From: a virus
Virus record (IMG/VR): IMGVR_UViG_3300042691_051382
Length of the DNA stretch: 64,000 nucleotides
Strand: one strand, 5' to 3'
Part shown: positions 17,372-27,251 of the stretch, in pieces
Layout of the letters: every line of letters begins with the position of its first letter
Numbering within the stretch: position 1 is the stretch's first letter
The notes under the pieces: generated by a model
Seen by the model: the letters and a program-made list of their open reading frames with translations, nothing else
Told to the model about the DNA's origin: nothing
Database searches by the model: none
Position numbers and translations under genes: made by a program

Positions 17372-19955
17372 GCGATATGCCCAAATGCGATTTGAATCAC
17401 GAAGCGAGGTGCGAATCTTGTGAGGAACTGTGCAATCAGTTTCAACTCATTCGTTGCTTTTGTGGCACTTATCGTTGCGCAAAATGCGCAATCAAGAAAT
17501 GCGATTGCCATTCTAATAACTGCATCCACGGCGAACCATCTCGCAACTGCGGAATATGTGAAGACATTCATGCGTTGCAAAATCGTGTCGAGAATCTAGA
17601 AGCGGCGATTCGAGTTATGGCTCAAGAACTCGCCACTTGGCGGTCGATGCCTTGCCTTGACCATATCGAGTCCTCGTATTGGGCTGATGTTGCCAACGAA
17701 CACTTGATGATGATTGGCGGATACTTGGTGGACGAAAACACCATCGCAAAGCAAGCGGTAGACCGTGCGGTTGACGCAATGGATGGTATTGATGTTATGG
17801 GAAGAAAGGACGAGCAGTGAAACGATACGACATCGGTTTGGGTATCGGTCATGGTGGATTCCAAGTCGGCGAACACCCTAGCGGCGATTGGGTGTTGTGG
17901 GCTGATGTTCAACAACTCATCAAGGAAAACATCATTCTACGCAACGAAGCAAACTCGGCAAGGATTCTTGGCGAATGTTCGCCACTCAGCATGGTGTTTG
18001 CCAAACAGCAGTGGCAAGATGCGGTGCGAGCGACCGATGCGTTTGACAAGGAGCGGATGCCGTGACGAATGAAAATTGTTGGTACTGCAATGAAGATCGT
18101 GGAATCATGGTCTTTTGCACCGAATTTGATACCTATGTACACGAAGCGTGTGTAAAACAGGCGGCGAAGGACAAGGATGATTTGGAAGCCCAACTTATTG
18201 CCAACGAAGTTCTTGGTGAAAAAAAGGATGATTCTGTGGGATATCTACCGCAAAAGATTGCCGAAATTATGCGAGGCAGAACGGTTTTGACGGTTTGTAG
18301 TGATTTGATGAGTCTTGTGCGTGGTCAGACCGATGAAAATCTCGATGATGCTCGTGCCATGAAACAGGTCATTGACCACTATATCGAGCGATGGCTTCAC
18401 AGTGGCGAAGAATACGACTTGAAAGTGTATGAAATGCTGTTGGTCGTACAGCGTACTGCAAGACGATACATTCAGAAACGAGAGCAAGCAAAGTGAACAG
18501 CCCAACATATCAAGCAATGGTGACCGTGACGATTCCCGTGCAAGTGACTGCCGAGCAAGCCGCACGACTTGATTGGTGTAGAAACAGACTTTATGATTTC
18601 AACACCGACAAGATTGATAGTTTTGCTCCTGTGGTTCCGATTGTGGATATCAGCATGGCTCCATATCGTGTGGTTCCCGAGATTTCAATTTCAATTGCAG
18701 AAGCAAAAAACAGTATCAATCAAGAACCAATCTGTATGGTCTCGGAACACATTGCAAAACACATTAGCAATGAAGTTGCTCGTCAGATTCAGCGTGCGGT
18801 GACCGATGCGGTGCGAACTAGCATCAAGATGGAGTTGCAAAAGTGACACTTCAAGAAAAACTCGAATACATTCTCAATCACAGGTATGTTGACGAAGTGA
18901 TTCTGTATCCCAACGGTGGCGATGGAACCTATGCGATTCGATTGTTGCGACCGTTCAGCGATGGGGCACACATTGTCGATGGACCCGCCATCGGCAACAT
19001 GACAAAGTGCTTCTACAAGAAATACGACACGAACCTTGAACGGCTGGTTGATGACGCATACAATATCGTGAGGAGTTGCCCATGAGATTGCTAGTTGCTC
19101 GTTTGTGGTGCAGAATCGTCGGACATTGTTGGCAAGATGTTGAGGTTTTTGAACACGCTTTTGGTAGCGAATATCAAGAGTGTTGCACCCGCTGTGGCAA
19201 GTGGGGCGAGATGAACAGCAGTCATCATCTGTTTCCTTGAAAGGATTACCCGTGAGATACAACTCGGATGATTGGTTGTGCCGCAATATGATGAAAAACA
19301 ATAACGCAAACGAAAATGTAAAGAAAGATGTGCAACAAAAGCGATTGATTCCCTTATGGGCAATGGTGCTTGGTCCGCTTTGGATTCCCGTGCTATTGGC
19401 GATGCTTGCAATTTGTTCTTTTGTAATGGTTGTGTGGGTGATTCCTGTGAGTGTTGCAAGCGGTGTGTTTGGGTGGAAATTGCCCCAAAATATTTTCCCC
19501 AAATGGATGGGGATGGACGATACTGACCAAGGATATTGAAATGAGCGAAAACCCCTATCGTCAAGACAATCCGTTTGTGAGCGATGAATCTTTCGTGGAC
19601 AAAATCAAACGGCTTGAAGCCGAGAATCTCGAACTGCAACGGAAGATTCACATTCTCAACTTGTCGATTCCGCTTGAGGAAGAGTTGCAGGAGCGTGCAT
19701 ATGATTTGTTGGCAAGGATGCACCTGCCGCAAGGTTGGTCAACGGTTGAAGTTGCTCAACTCATCATGGATATGCAGAAACGCATTGTGGCTGATTGGAT
19801 TAAAATTGGACACTTGATGGAACTCACTCAAGAAAATCAACGATTGCGTTCGGAAATCATGGCGCACACGCAACGCATGGACGAGATTCACCGAACGGCT
19901 CGCAGTGTTCTCGACAAGTACCCCCAATACGAACGACCCGATTGAAAGGATCACA

Positions 19956-20435
19956 ATGAACAACAAATATCTTTACGACGGTTTGGATCAGGAAGACATC
20001 AACAAATTGCAGCAAACTCAAAAGCAATCGGTTGAACGATTGCGTGAAATGATGCAGTTGATGCAACAAAACGATTGTTATGGCACGATCATGGTTGATT
20101 TCAATGGCAGTGGCGACAGTGGATTTTTTGAAATTTGCGAAGACACAAGCATCGAAGACTTCGAGGAGTTTTTCGAAGAAAACGGTTACCAAATGGATCA
20201 CGGTCCTCTGAACGAACAACACCAAGACGGCGCGAGCAAATACATCTTTGATTGGATTGACGGATTGGTAACTTCTTGCTGTCCCGGATTCGAAATCAAT
20301 GAAGGTTCGGTGGGTTATGTGGCTTTGAATTTTGAACCCGACACAAAGCCCACTATCACCGTGAACCTCAACAAATTCAATGATACCGATGAAGAAATCG
20401 ACGAAAATGGCACCGAATACGATTGGGAGTTTTAA
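19956..20435 (+). CDS. DUF6878-like protein (second paralog)
   Basis: DFNGSGDSG and GFEINEGSVG motifs. Confidence 0.7.
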   Translation: MNNKYLYDGLDQEDINKLQQTQKQSVERLREMMQLMQQNDCYGTIMVDFNGSGDSGFFEICEDTSIEDFEEFFEENGYQMDHGPLNEQHQDGASKYIFDWIDGLVTSCCPGFEINEGSVGYVALNFEPDTKPTITVNLNKFNDTDEEIDENGTEYDWEF

Positions 20436-21211
20436 AAAATAAATATTTCAACAACTGTATTTTGTATTTTGGTTGAATATAATACCCAGTAAACCAAAAG
20501 GAACCATCATGTTTATTCCCGATAAATACGAACTCAGCAAAGCGGAAATTGGCGAATGCGATTTTACTGTTGAAGAGCAACAGCAAATGGAACAAGCGTT
20601 TCTCGACTATTCGCACGGTGTGAATTTGTATCGTGAATTGATTCGCGTTGAAATCGATCCCGAGCGTATTTTGCTTCTCAAGTCGTTGTTGATGAGCTAT
20701 CAAGAAGACAACAAGTAAACAAATCAAGGTTTGTTATGCGCCTCCAAGAAAACCAAGCGGCTTTCATCTATACCAATTTCACACCCGAAGAGTTTGATGG
20801 TTTTATGCAAGATTGCACCGTGAACGACGCATACAAAAAGATTAAAAAAGTTCGCCAAACGGTCACTTACTTGCATCCCGATGGCACCGAAATGCTGGTG
20901 CAGCATCAAAAGTTCTATGGTGGTCGAGTGATCATTTGGAAGCGTTTTCGCAAAGAAAAAGCCGCCAAGTTTTTTGGAAACCAACAGTGATATTGATTTT
21001 TGAAAATCGTGAATTGTTTCATGTGGAAACTTTGGAACCTTCGGGTGACGGTGAAGGACAAGATGTTGCTCACACAGTAAACGAACAAACATCGATTTTG
21101 TTGGAACGCGACTTTGAGCCGGTTGAGTATCATTGCAAAAAACCATACGACGGCGACGGTTTTGGAAACCCATACGAGTGCTGCGATCGAGATTTTTGAG
21201 AATTTCGTCCG

Positions 21212-21219
21212 TATAAATA
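21212..21219 (+). promoter_or_regulatory. T4-type late promoter TATAAATA
   Basis: Exact consensus at the start of the late block; similar sites at 10768(-), 29033(-), 29068(+), 30681(+), 39766(-), 59569(-). Confidence 0.75.
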
Positions 21220-21425
21220 ATATGGATGGACACAAGAGCAACCGCACAAAAAATTCTTAAATTATTCAAAGAAACCCGAGCGCGTTCGGCTGCTCGCACC
21301 TATGGTGCACAAGTAGCCCAAGACGACCGTTCAGGTGTTTCTAATCCAAACGACAGCCGCAAAAAATCGGTTGGCTTGCTTCCCGGACACGGTCGAGACC
21401 GAGTGAATCCACGCAAACCAAGACG

Positions 21426-22019
21426 ATGAACAACGAATGGGACCAAGTTGAGATTTGGAGCAGCCGAATCGCAGCAATAACAGCGATTTCGGGTGCGCTT
21501 TTTGGCGTGTTTGTTTCGATTCGACGCGGCGTGTCGAAACTTCTCAACATCTCGAACCGCATTCAATACATCAGCGATCAACTCGAAAGCAACGGTGGCA
21601 CGAGTCTTCGCGACACAATCAACCGCATCGAAGCGCGTCAAATTCACACCGAACAACGCGAACGAGCATTTCTTCAAACTCACCCCAACATGATGTGCGA
21701 ACTTGATTCGGGATTGGGTCTTGTTTGGGCAAATCGAACGTTTCTCGACACGCTCGATGTGGACAGCGACACGGTTTCGGGCTACGGATGGCACAACTTG
21801 GTTTGCGAAAAAGACCGTGAACGCGTGGTGCATCAGTTTGAAAACGCAAAAGATGCCGCAAGAAACGTCAACACTTGCACCAAAATGATTGTATCAAGCA
21901 ATCTCCAAAAAATCATCGAAGCCAACATTGTGGGTACGGTGATGCGAGCCAACAACGGCGATTGCAGCGGGTACTTGGTGACGATCAATCAAATTAAACC
22001 TTCGAAAACCACAGGATAA
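21426..22019 (+). CDS. Membrane-anchored PAS-domain protein
   Basis: N-terminal TM helix, NGGTSLRDTINRIE, PAS pattern WAN..F......G.GW..LV...DR. Confidence 0.7.
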   Translation: MNNEWDQVEIWSSRIAAITAISGALFGVFVSIRRGVSKLLNISNRIQYISDQLESNGGTSLRDTINRIEARQIHTEQRERAFLQTHPNMMCELDSGLGLVWANRTFLDTLDVDSDTVSGYGWHNLVCEKDRERVVHQFENAKDAARNVNTCTKMIVSSNLQKIIEANIVGTVMRANNGDCSGYLVTINQIKPSKTTG

Positions 22020-22022
22020 CTT

Positions 22023-22487
22023 ATGCGCAAGCAAGTACCACACGACTTTACCGGAACCATCGCACGTTACAACACTGGCATGAGCAGCAGCAAGCGTAAA
22101 GCTCGCGCCAAGCACTTCAAGCGTGGAGCCGAAAAGCACTGGCGCGATCCAAGCGCATACAAACCAGCACCCGGCGATCGCACCGCACGAACCAAGCCAA
22201 GCAAATACACACGCAAGTATCGTGAAATGTACGGCGAAAGCGTTCTTGCTCGCATGGTGGAGATAGTTGAAAGTGCCACAAAATCTTTGCGCGAAAAAGC
22301 AAAAAAGAGCGGCATCGCCACATCGATTCTTCGTCAAGTTTACAACCGTGGCGTTGCGGCTTGGCGGACGGGTCATCGTCCCGGAACCACCCCTCAACAG
22401 TGGGGTCATGCTCGCGTCAATTCGTTTCTTACTGGCGGCAAAACACGCCGCACAGCCGATGCCGATTTGTGGCGCAAAGCTAAATAA
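22023..22487 (+). CDS. DUF5824-like basic protein
   Basis: LRQVYNRG.AAWRTGHRPG.TPQQWG.ARVNSF. Confidence 0.7.
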   Translation: MRKQVPHDFTGTIARYNTGMSSSKRKARAKHFKRGAEKHWRDPSAYKPAPGDRTARTKPSKYTRKYREMYGESVLARMVEIVESATKSLREKAKKSGIATSILRQVYNRGVAAWRTGHRPGTTPQQWGHARVNSFLTGGKTRRTADADLWRKAK

Positions 22488-22490
22488 CTG

Positions 22491-23675
22491 TTGATGATAG
22501 ACATACAATCGGTAATCATTACGGATCTCTTTTCAAGAGAACCGAATGAGTTTTTAACGCTCATACAACCCATACGCAATCTTACGGTTGCGGATCAGTT
22601 GATCAGCACTCGACACATGTGGAGTGATGGTTTCAATGTGATATCAACCGATTATTCGGAACTCGAAAACATATTGGTTGGTATAACCGAACAGGTCGGC
22701 GTTCTCAACAATCGTTTTGCATCCAAACCATCCGAAGAGCGACAACCTTATGCGCTTCGACAATTTAAAGTTGCCGAGTTTTTACAGTTTTTACAAGCGG
22801 GAAAAAACGTTTTTCGCGACACCATCCAAAAAGTCGAAGACTACTACACACAGCAGCAAGCCCAAAAAGATTATTACAGCTTTCCGTTGGATCCGAAATT
22901 CAAACCACCTTCAAAATCTTTGATAAAAGAATTTCCTACTTTGTTTGTTCATCGAGCTTTGATCAACACATTCGGCGACACGTTCAACACAAACGAATCG
23001 CTTGCAATCGAAAAAATGATCGAAAACGGAAAGTTTTTCGAGCCGCCAAAAATAATCACAGTTGGTGGTGCGATTTTTTCAAGCGAAAACACAGACATTG
23101 TTGATGCCTGCATCGGATTGGAAATAAGCACCATTCCGGTTTTGTTTGTTGACAATTATGCAAAAAGCATAGACAACGCAAAAATAAATTCAAAAAACGA
23201 GTTTGTGGTTGACTGCGTTGTTGACGAAAAAAAACTTGTTGAAAACAGTACCTCCGAGGAGTTTGTTGAGTTTTCTTATCACCAATGGTACGTTGGAAAA
23301 CTAAAAAACATCTATTGGACAAAAAGCAATTTTTCTCAAGAAAAACAAGATTTTGAGAAAATTGCTCAAGAAAACAAAATACCAATCAAACAACTCGAAC
23401 AACTGTACACCGCCAGCAAACCAGAAAAATTAACCAACGAAATGTGGAAACAACTCGAACGCTCGCAGAGTTTTTCCATCAAACAACTCGAAGACGTTGA
23501 AAAAATAACAAAAGATTATCGAAAATTGATTTTGGAAGCATCGGATTCTCGCAAAATGTACATGCCTATTGTTTTGGAAAAAAATTCAAAATATATTTTA
23601 ATAGCTGGCGAGTTGCGGCTTATGATATGTAAGGCAATGAAAATACAACCACAAGTTGTTGTGTTGAAAATGTAA
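22491..23675 (+). CDS. Hypothetical protein with C-terminal ParB/Srx-like motif
   Basis: PIVLEK..YILIAGELRL. Confidence 0.55.
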   Translation: MMIDIQSVIITDLFSREPNEFLTLIQPIRNLTVADQLISTRHMWSDGFNVISTDYSELENILVGITEQVGVLNNRFASKPSEERQPYALRQFKVAEFLQFLQAGKNVFRDTIQKVEDYYTQQQAQKDYYSFPLDPKFKPPSKSLIKEFPTLFVHRALINTFGDTFNTNESLAIEKMIENGKFFEPPKIITVGGAIFSSENTDIVDACIGLEISTIPVLFVDNYAKSIDNAKINSKNEFVVDCVVDEKKLVENSTSEEFVEFSYHQWYVGKLKNIYWTKSNFSQEKQDFEKIAQENKIPIKQLEQLYTASKPEKLTNEMWKQLERSQSFSIKQLEDVEKITKDYRKLILEASDSRKMYMPIVLEKNSKYILIAGELRLMICKAMKIQPQVVVLKM

Positions 23676-23965
23676 GGAGTTGCAATGGCAATTTATAATC
23701 GTCGTCCGTCGAGTGTCGAAGCGTTTCAAGCACCATTTGGATTCAACATCAAACATCCAGACGGTGCAAACGGATATTTGTATGTTTCGGTGGGTGATTG
23801 GGTGGTTCTCGACGAAAAGAATCGCATCGAAATTCTTGCAAATCAAGATTTTCAAGCCAAGTACGAACAGTCTATCACCAAACCGATGGTTCACACGCAA
23901 CGTTCGCCATCGGTAAACTCGCGCACAATCACACCCGAAGACATCGACATGACGAGGGAGTTTTG

Positions 23966-24091
23966 ATGAACGGTCAAGCAGGCAAAGGCGACACGTATCG
24001 TCCGGTGAATCGCGACAAGTACAACGAAAACTACGACAGAATCTTCTGCAAAAAGAAACAGAAAAAGCACACAAAAAAGTCGTCTAAATAA
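23966..24091 (+). CDS. Small conserved phage protein (AGKGD..RPVN..KY.ENYDRIF)
   Basis: Motif recognition; TGATG coupling. Confidence 0.6.
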   Translation: MNGQAGKGDTYRPVNRDKYNENYDRIFCKKKQKKHTKKSSK

Positions 24092-24098
24092 AAATATC

Positions 24099-24776
24099 AT
24101 GAAATTCAAAAACTCTAAATCTTTAGACAAGCTGACGCATCAAACACCACCCAAGTCTGCTGTTGCTCGTGTTGAAAAACAAAAAAACAACACAAGTTAT
24201 GTGTTGGGCAAGTTTTTGAAATCACGATCCAAGTTGCCGATAAAGAATCCTCCGGCTAATTCAAGCAAAAAGACATTGAAAGATGCTCAGAATGTTTTGA
24301 AAACCATGCAAACAGCACCCGAACTGTTTGTGAAGTTTTCCAAAGCAATCGATCCCAACAAACCGCATTACCAAATGTGGGCAAATTTTGCAAACAGCGT
24401 TACTGGTGAAAAATACAACGAAGAATGGTTCAGAAAAATCATTCGCCAAACCGACAGCTTTATTGATTATGTTAAATTGCAATACAAACGTTTGCGACCG
24501 TTTCAATTGGGTCCGGCTATCGGAGTAAACATCAAAAAGACCGTAACCGATCCGCTGACCGCTGGATATCCATCGGCACACACATTTGAAGCTTATGTTT
24601 TTGCTAGGATTTTATCGCAACTGCATCCGCAACACGCTCAAGCATTCGAAGAAGTTGCAGAAACTGTTGCTGTGAGTCGAGTGGTGGTTGGAGTGCATTT
24701 TTATGATGATCTCGAAGCTGGTAAAAAATTGGCGGAATTTGTTGTTCGCAAATCTTGGATAGATGTTCCCGAATGA
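24099..24776 (+). CDS. PAP2-family phosphatase
   Basis: K..YKRLRP, YPSAH, SRVVVGVHF..D. Confidence 0.85.
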   Translation: MKFKNSKSLDKLTHQTPPKSAVARVEKQKNNTSYVLGKFLKSRSKLPIKNPPANSSKKTLKDAQNVLKTMQTAPELFVKFSKAIDPNKPHYQMWANFANSVTGEKYNEEWFRKIIRQTDSFIDYVKLQYKRLRPFQLGPAIGVNIKKTVTDPLTAGYPSAHTFEAYVFARILSQLHPQHAQAFEEVAETVAVSRVVVGVHFYDDLEAGKKLAEFVVRKSWIDVPE

Positions 24777-24851
24777 TTTTGCTGACCGTCTTATTTTTTC
24801 TTATGATTGTTGCTGCTGTGGTTTTCAGTGGCGACTGGGAGAACGGATAAC

Positions 24852-25247
24852 ATGGCTAAAATATTGTTTCTTGACGACAGTCCATTTAGACATCGTGATA
24901 TGAAAACAAACTCGGAACACTTTCAAGTGGACTACGCGTACACTGCCAACGTAGCACTAAAGTTTCTCAACAACCATTTGTATGATTTGATCATGCTCGA
25001 TCATGATTTGCAAGAAGATGCAGATGTTTTAAAGATCAATGCAGACGGAGAATATGTTGCGGCATACATGAGCAAAAACATGCCACAACATCGAGAAACG
25101 CCAGTGGTTATTCATAGTTTGAACGATCCAGGTGCCAAACGAATGCAACGATTGTTGGAAGATGGTGGATACATGTTTATTCATCTGATTCCTTTTGCTT
25201 GGCAAAAGTTGCGCGAACGCGAAGGTCAACCGGTTTTTATTAAGTGA
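24852..25247 (+). CDS. Stand-alone receiver-like domain (cyclic-phosphate-processing type)
   Basis: ILFLDD, LIMLDHDL, IHSLN..GAKRM. Confidence 0.7.
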   Translation: MAKILFLDDSPFRHRDMKTNSEHFQVDYAYTANVALKFLNNHLYDLIMLDHDLQEDADVLKINADGEYVAAYMSKNMPQHRETPVVIHSLNDPGAKRMQRLLEDGGYMFIHLIPFAWQKLREREGQPVFIK

Positions 25248-25432
25248 GAAACAAATGAATCAAAACAATTCAATACCCTCTTGGGAATGTCCGAAATGCG
25301 GAACCACTCATCCCATCACCGTGAGTAGTTGTTGCGCACCCAAAGATCCCAAGTGGGTTCCCGAAAGCAAGCGACCCATCATCACCCAAAAGGGTGGCGA
25401 CAATGCTGAAACATTGTTTGGATAAACAAACG

Positions 25433-25577
25433 CAAGCATCGACTCGGTGGGAACGAGTAACGCGGGACGGCGAAAGCACAAAGCAGCGGGGCACCCCAAA
25501 AGGGCTTGTCATAAAACTCCGCGAGCGAGCCGATGACACCTGCGGTGCAACAGAGGGTTCGAATCCCTCATGCTTGA
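25433..25577 (+). ncRNA. tRNA-like RNA with enlarged branched domain (copy C)
   Basis: CAAGCAT/ATGCTTG acceptor, ACTCG-GTGGGAA-CGAGT, GAGGG-TTCGAAT-CCCTC. Confidence 0.75.
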
Positions 25578-25605
25578 TTGAATATATACAGTGGAGACGA
25601 TAAGT

Positions 25606-25920
25606 ATGAATTCCTCGAACAATTCTAATCCGGGAGAACCCATGGCAATTCTTTTTGCAGACGGTTTTGAGGATGCTTTTATTGGAATCGGCGAGCGAAA
25701 CGGCATACAATTTGCGACCTACGACTATGCCAAGTGCGTGCGTATTCTGGTGGAACGCGACGGCATGAGCGAAGACGATGCCGAAGAATTTATCGAATAC
25801 AATGTTCTTGGTGCTCGTTCGTCGGAAAAGGATCAAAAGTACTTGCCATCATTTTTGACTGGCATGACTTTTGACGAATACAAAAAAATAAACGAAGAAG
25901 TTGACAACAAAAACAACTAA
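25606..25920 (+). CDS. Conserved phage hypothetical protein (ADGFEDAFIG..Y...C..IL..DGMS..DA.EF..YN..GA)
   Basis: Motif recognition. Confidence 0.7.
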   Translation: MNSSNNSNPGEPMAILFADGFEDAFIGIGERNGIQFATYDYAKCVRILVERDGMSEDDAEEFIEYNVLGARSSEKDQKYLPSFLTGMTFDEYKKINEEVDNKNN

Positions 25921-26763
25921 ATACAAGCGTCGAATGTTTTGATGGAGGTTTGATTGAGTGCGATGTATTATGTTTTGAGAAAAATCAGCGGCGATGGCGA
26001 AAGCTGGACTTTCACAACTCGTGAAAAAGCTTTGGAGTTTTTGGAAAGTCGCTTGTGCTGGGGTTGCAAGCAAGATGTTCGCAATCATGTGGTTCTCGAA
26101 CACAATCCCGAAAAAGACACTCTCGAAAGCATAGTGATTCAAGATGCACTCGACACACATTGTGGTGCAGAGTATTGCATTGAAACTATCACTCAAGACG
26201 CGTATCGCAACCGAGCCGAAAAAGCGTTGAATGAAATCACCAAAATTTTTGAATCATCTTATCAGGAACACAATGAAGATTTACCTCAAGAAAATGAACA
26301 ACCGAATCGAGTGGATTGAATTGGATGAAAACGGTGATGGCGAGTGGCTTGCGCTCATCAATCGACCCGAACGCACCAACGCATACGAACGTCAAATCAT
26401 GTTTTTCGAACGTGTGAAAAAACCCGACACCAGCGCATACGAAATTGTTACTCGCGAACAATTGCGTCACGAGCTTCGCGACATGCAAAGTATTTTAAAG
26501 GTGGAAAACAATGAACACAAGTGAAAATCAACATGCAACAACCGCAAACGAAACCGAATACGCTCTTCGAGGTACTGGATGCAACAACATTGGAGAATTG
26601 CGTATGGCTCTTGATATTCTTCGCGATACACTTTTTGTGAATCACAACGACAGTTGGGATCCGGTTAGGGTGGCTCGTGCGGTGAGTCAACGCATGTATT
26701 CGGTGCAAAAAGCCGAAAACAAAAATCAAATGCAATTCGATTGGCGCAACAGCTGATCAACTT

Positions 26764-26836
26764 GGGTCGGTCGTATAATGGCTTATTACATGAGTTTTTG
26801 GTACTCAATATCAGCGTTCAATTCGCTGCCGACCTG
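26764..26836 (+). tRNA. tRNA-Gln(UUG)
   Basis: TGAGT-TTTTGGT-ACTCA anticodon arm; CAGCG-TTCAATT-CGCTG. Confidence 0.75.
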
Positions 26837-26856
26837 TTTAAGCAAAAAGGAAAAAC

Positions 26857-27159
26857 ATGAACGAAATTACCAATTCAGAATTTGATGCAACCAAACACAA
26901 TGTTGCGATCGTAGACTTCTGGGCACCTTGGTGTGTTCCGTGCACCATCATGATGCCGACATTCCGCAAGGTTTCCGAACAGTTCACAGATTTTGCTTTT
27001 TACAAAGCAAACGTGGACGACAATCGCGATCTCACCAAGCAACACGAAATCACAGGCATTCCCGCAATTGTGATTTTCAAAAACGGACAAGTTCACACCA
27101 AGCTCACTGGCATTCAAACCGAAACCCAGTTGCGTGAAGTGTTGCAAAAGATTGTGTGA
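26857..27159 (+). CDS. Thioredoxin
   Basis: VDFWAPWCVPC, NVD, GIP. Confidence 0.9.
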   Translation: MNEITNSEFDATKHNVAIVDFWAPWCVPCTIMMPTFRKVSEQFTDFAFYKANVDDNRDLTKQHEITGIPAIVIFKNGQVHTKLTGIQTETQLREVLQKIV

Positions 27160-27164
27160 TCAAA

Positions 27165-27248
<84 letters not shown>

Positions 27249-27251
27249 TTC

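Larger units (their letters stand above)
14116..21199 (+). other. Dense array of ~25 small co-oriented hypothetical genes
   Basis: Chain of ATGA/GTGA-coupled ORFs, e.g. 14439-14669 (GLTRREYFA), 14666-15070, 15819-16127, 17368-17820, 18062-18496, 18493-18846. Confidence 0.7.

Noticed and set aside
13286-25577. tmRNA or ordinary intron-containing tRNAs
   Set aside because: No G3-U70 or tag ORF, too short, no group I core, and I could not reconstruct a canonical anticodon loop by removing an insert.
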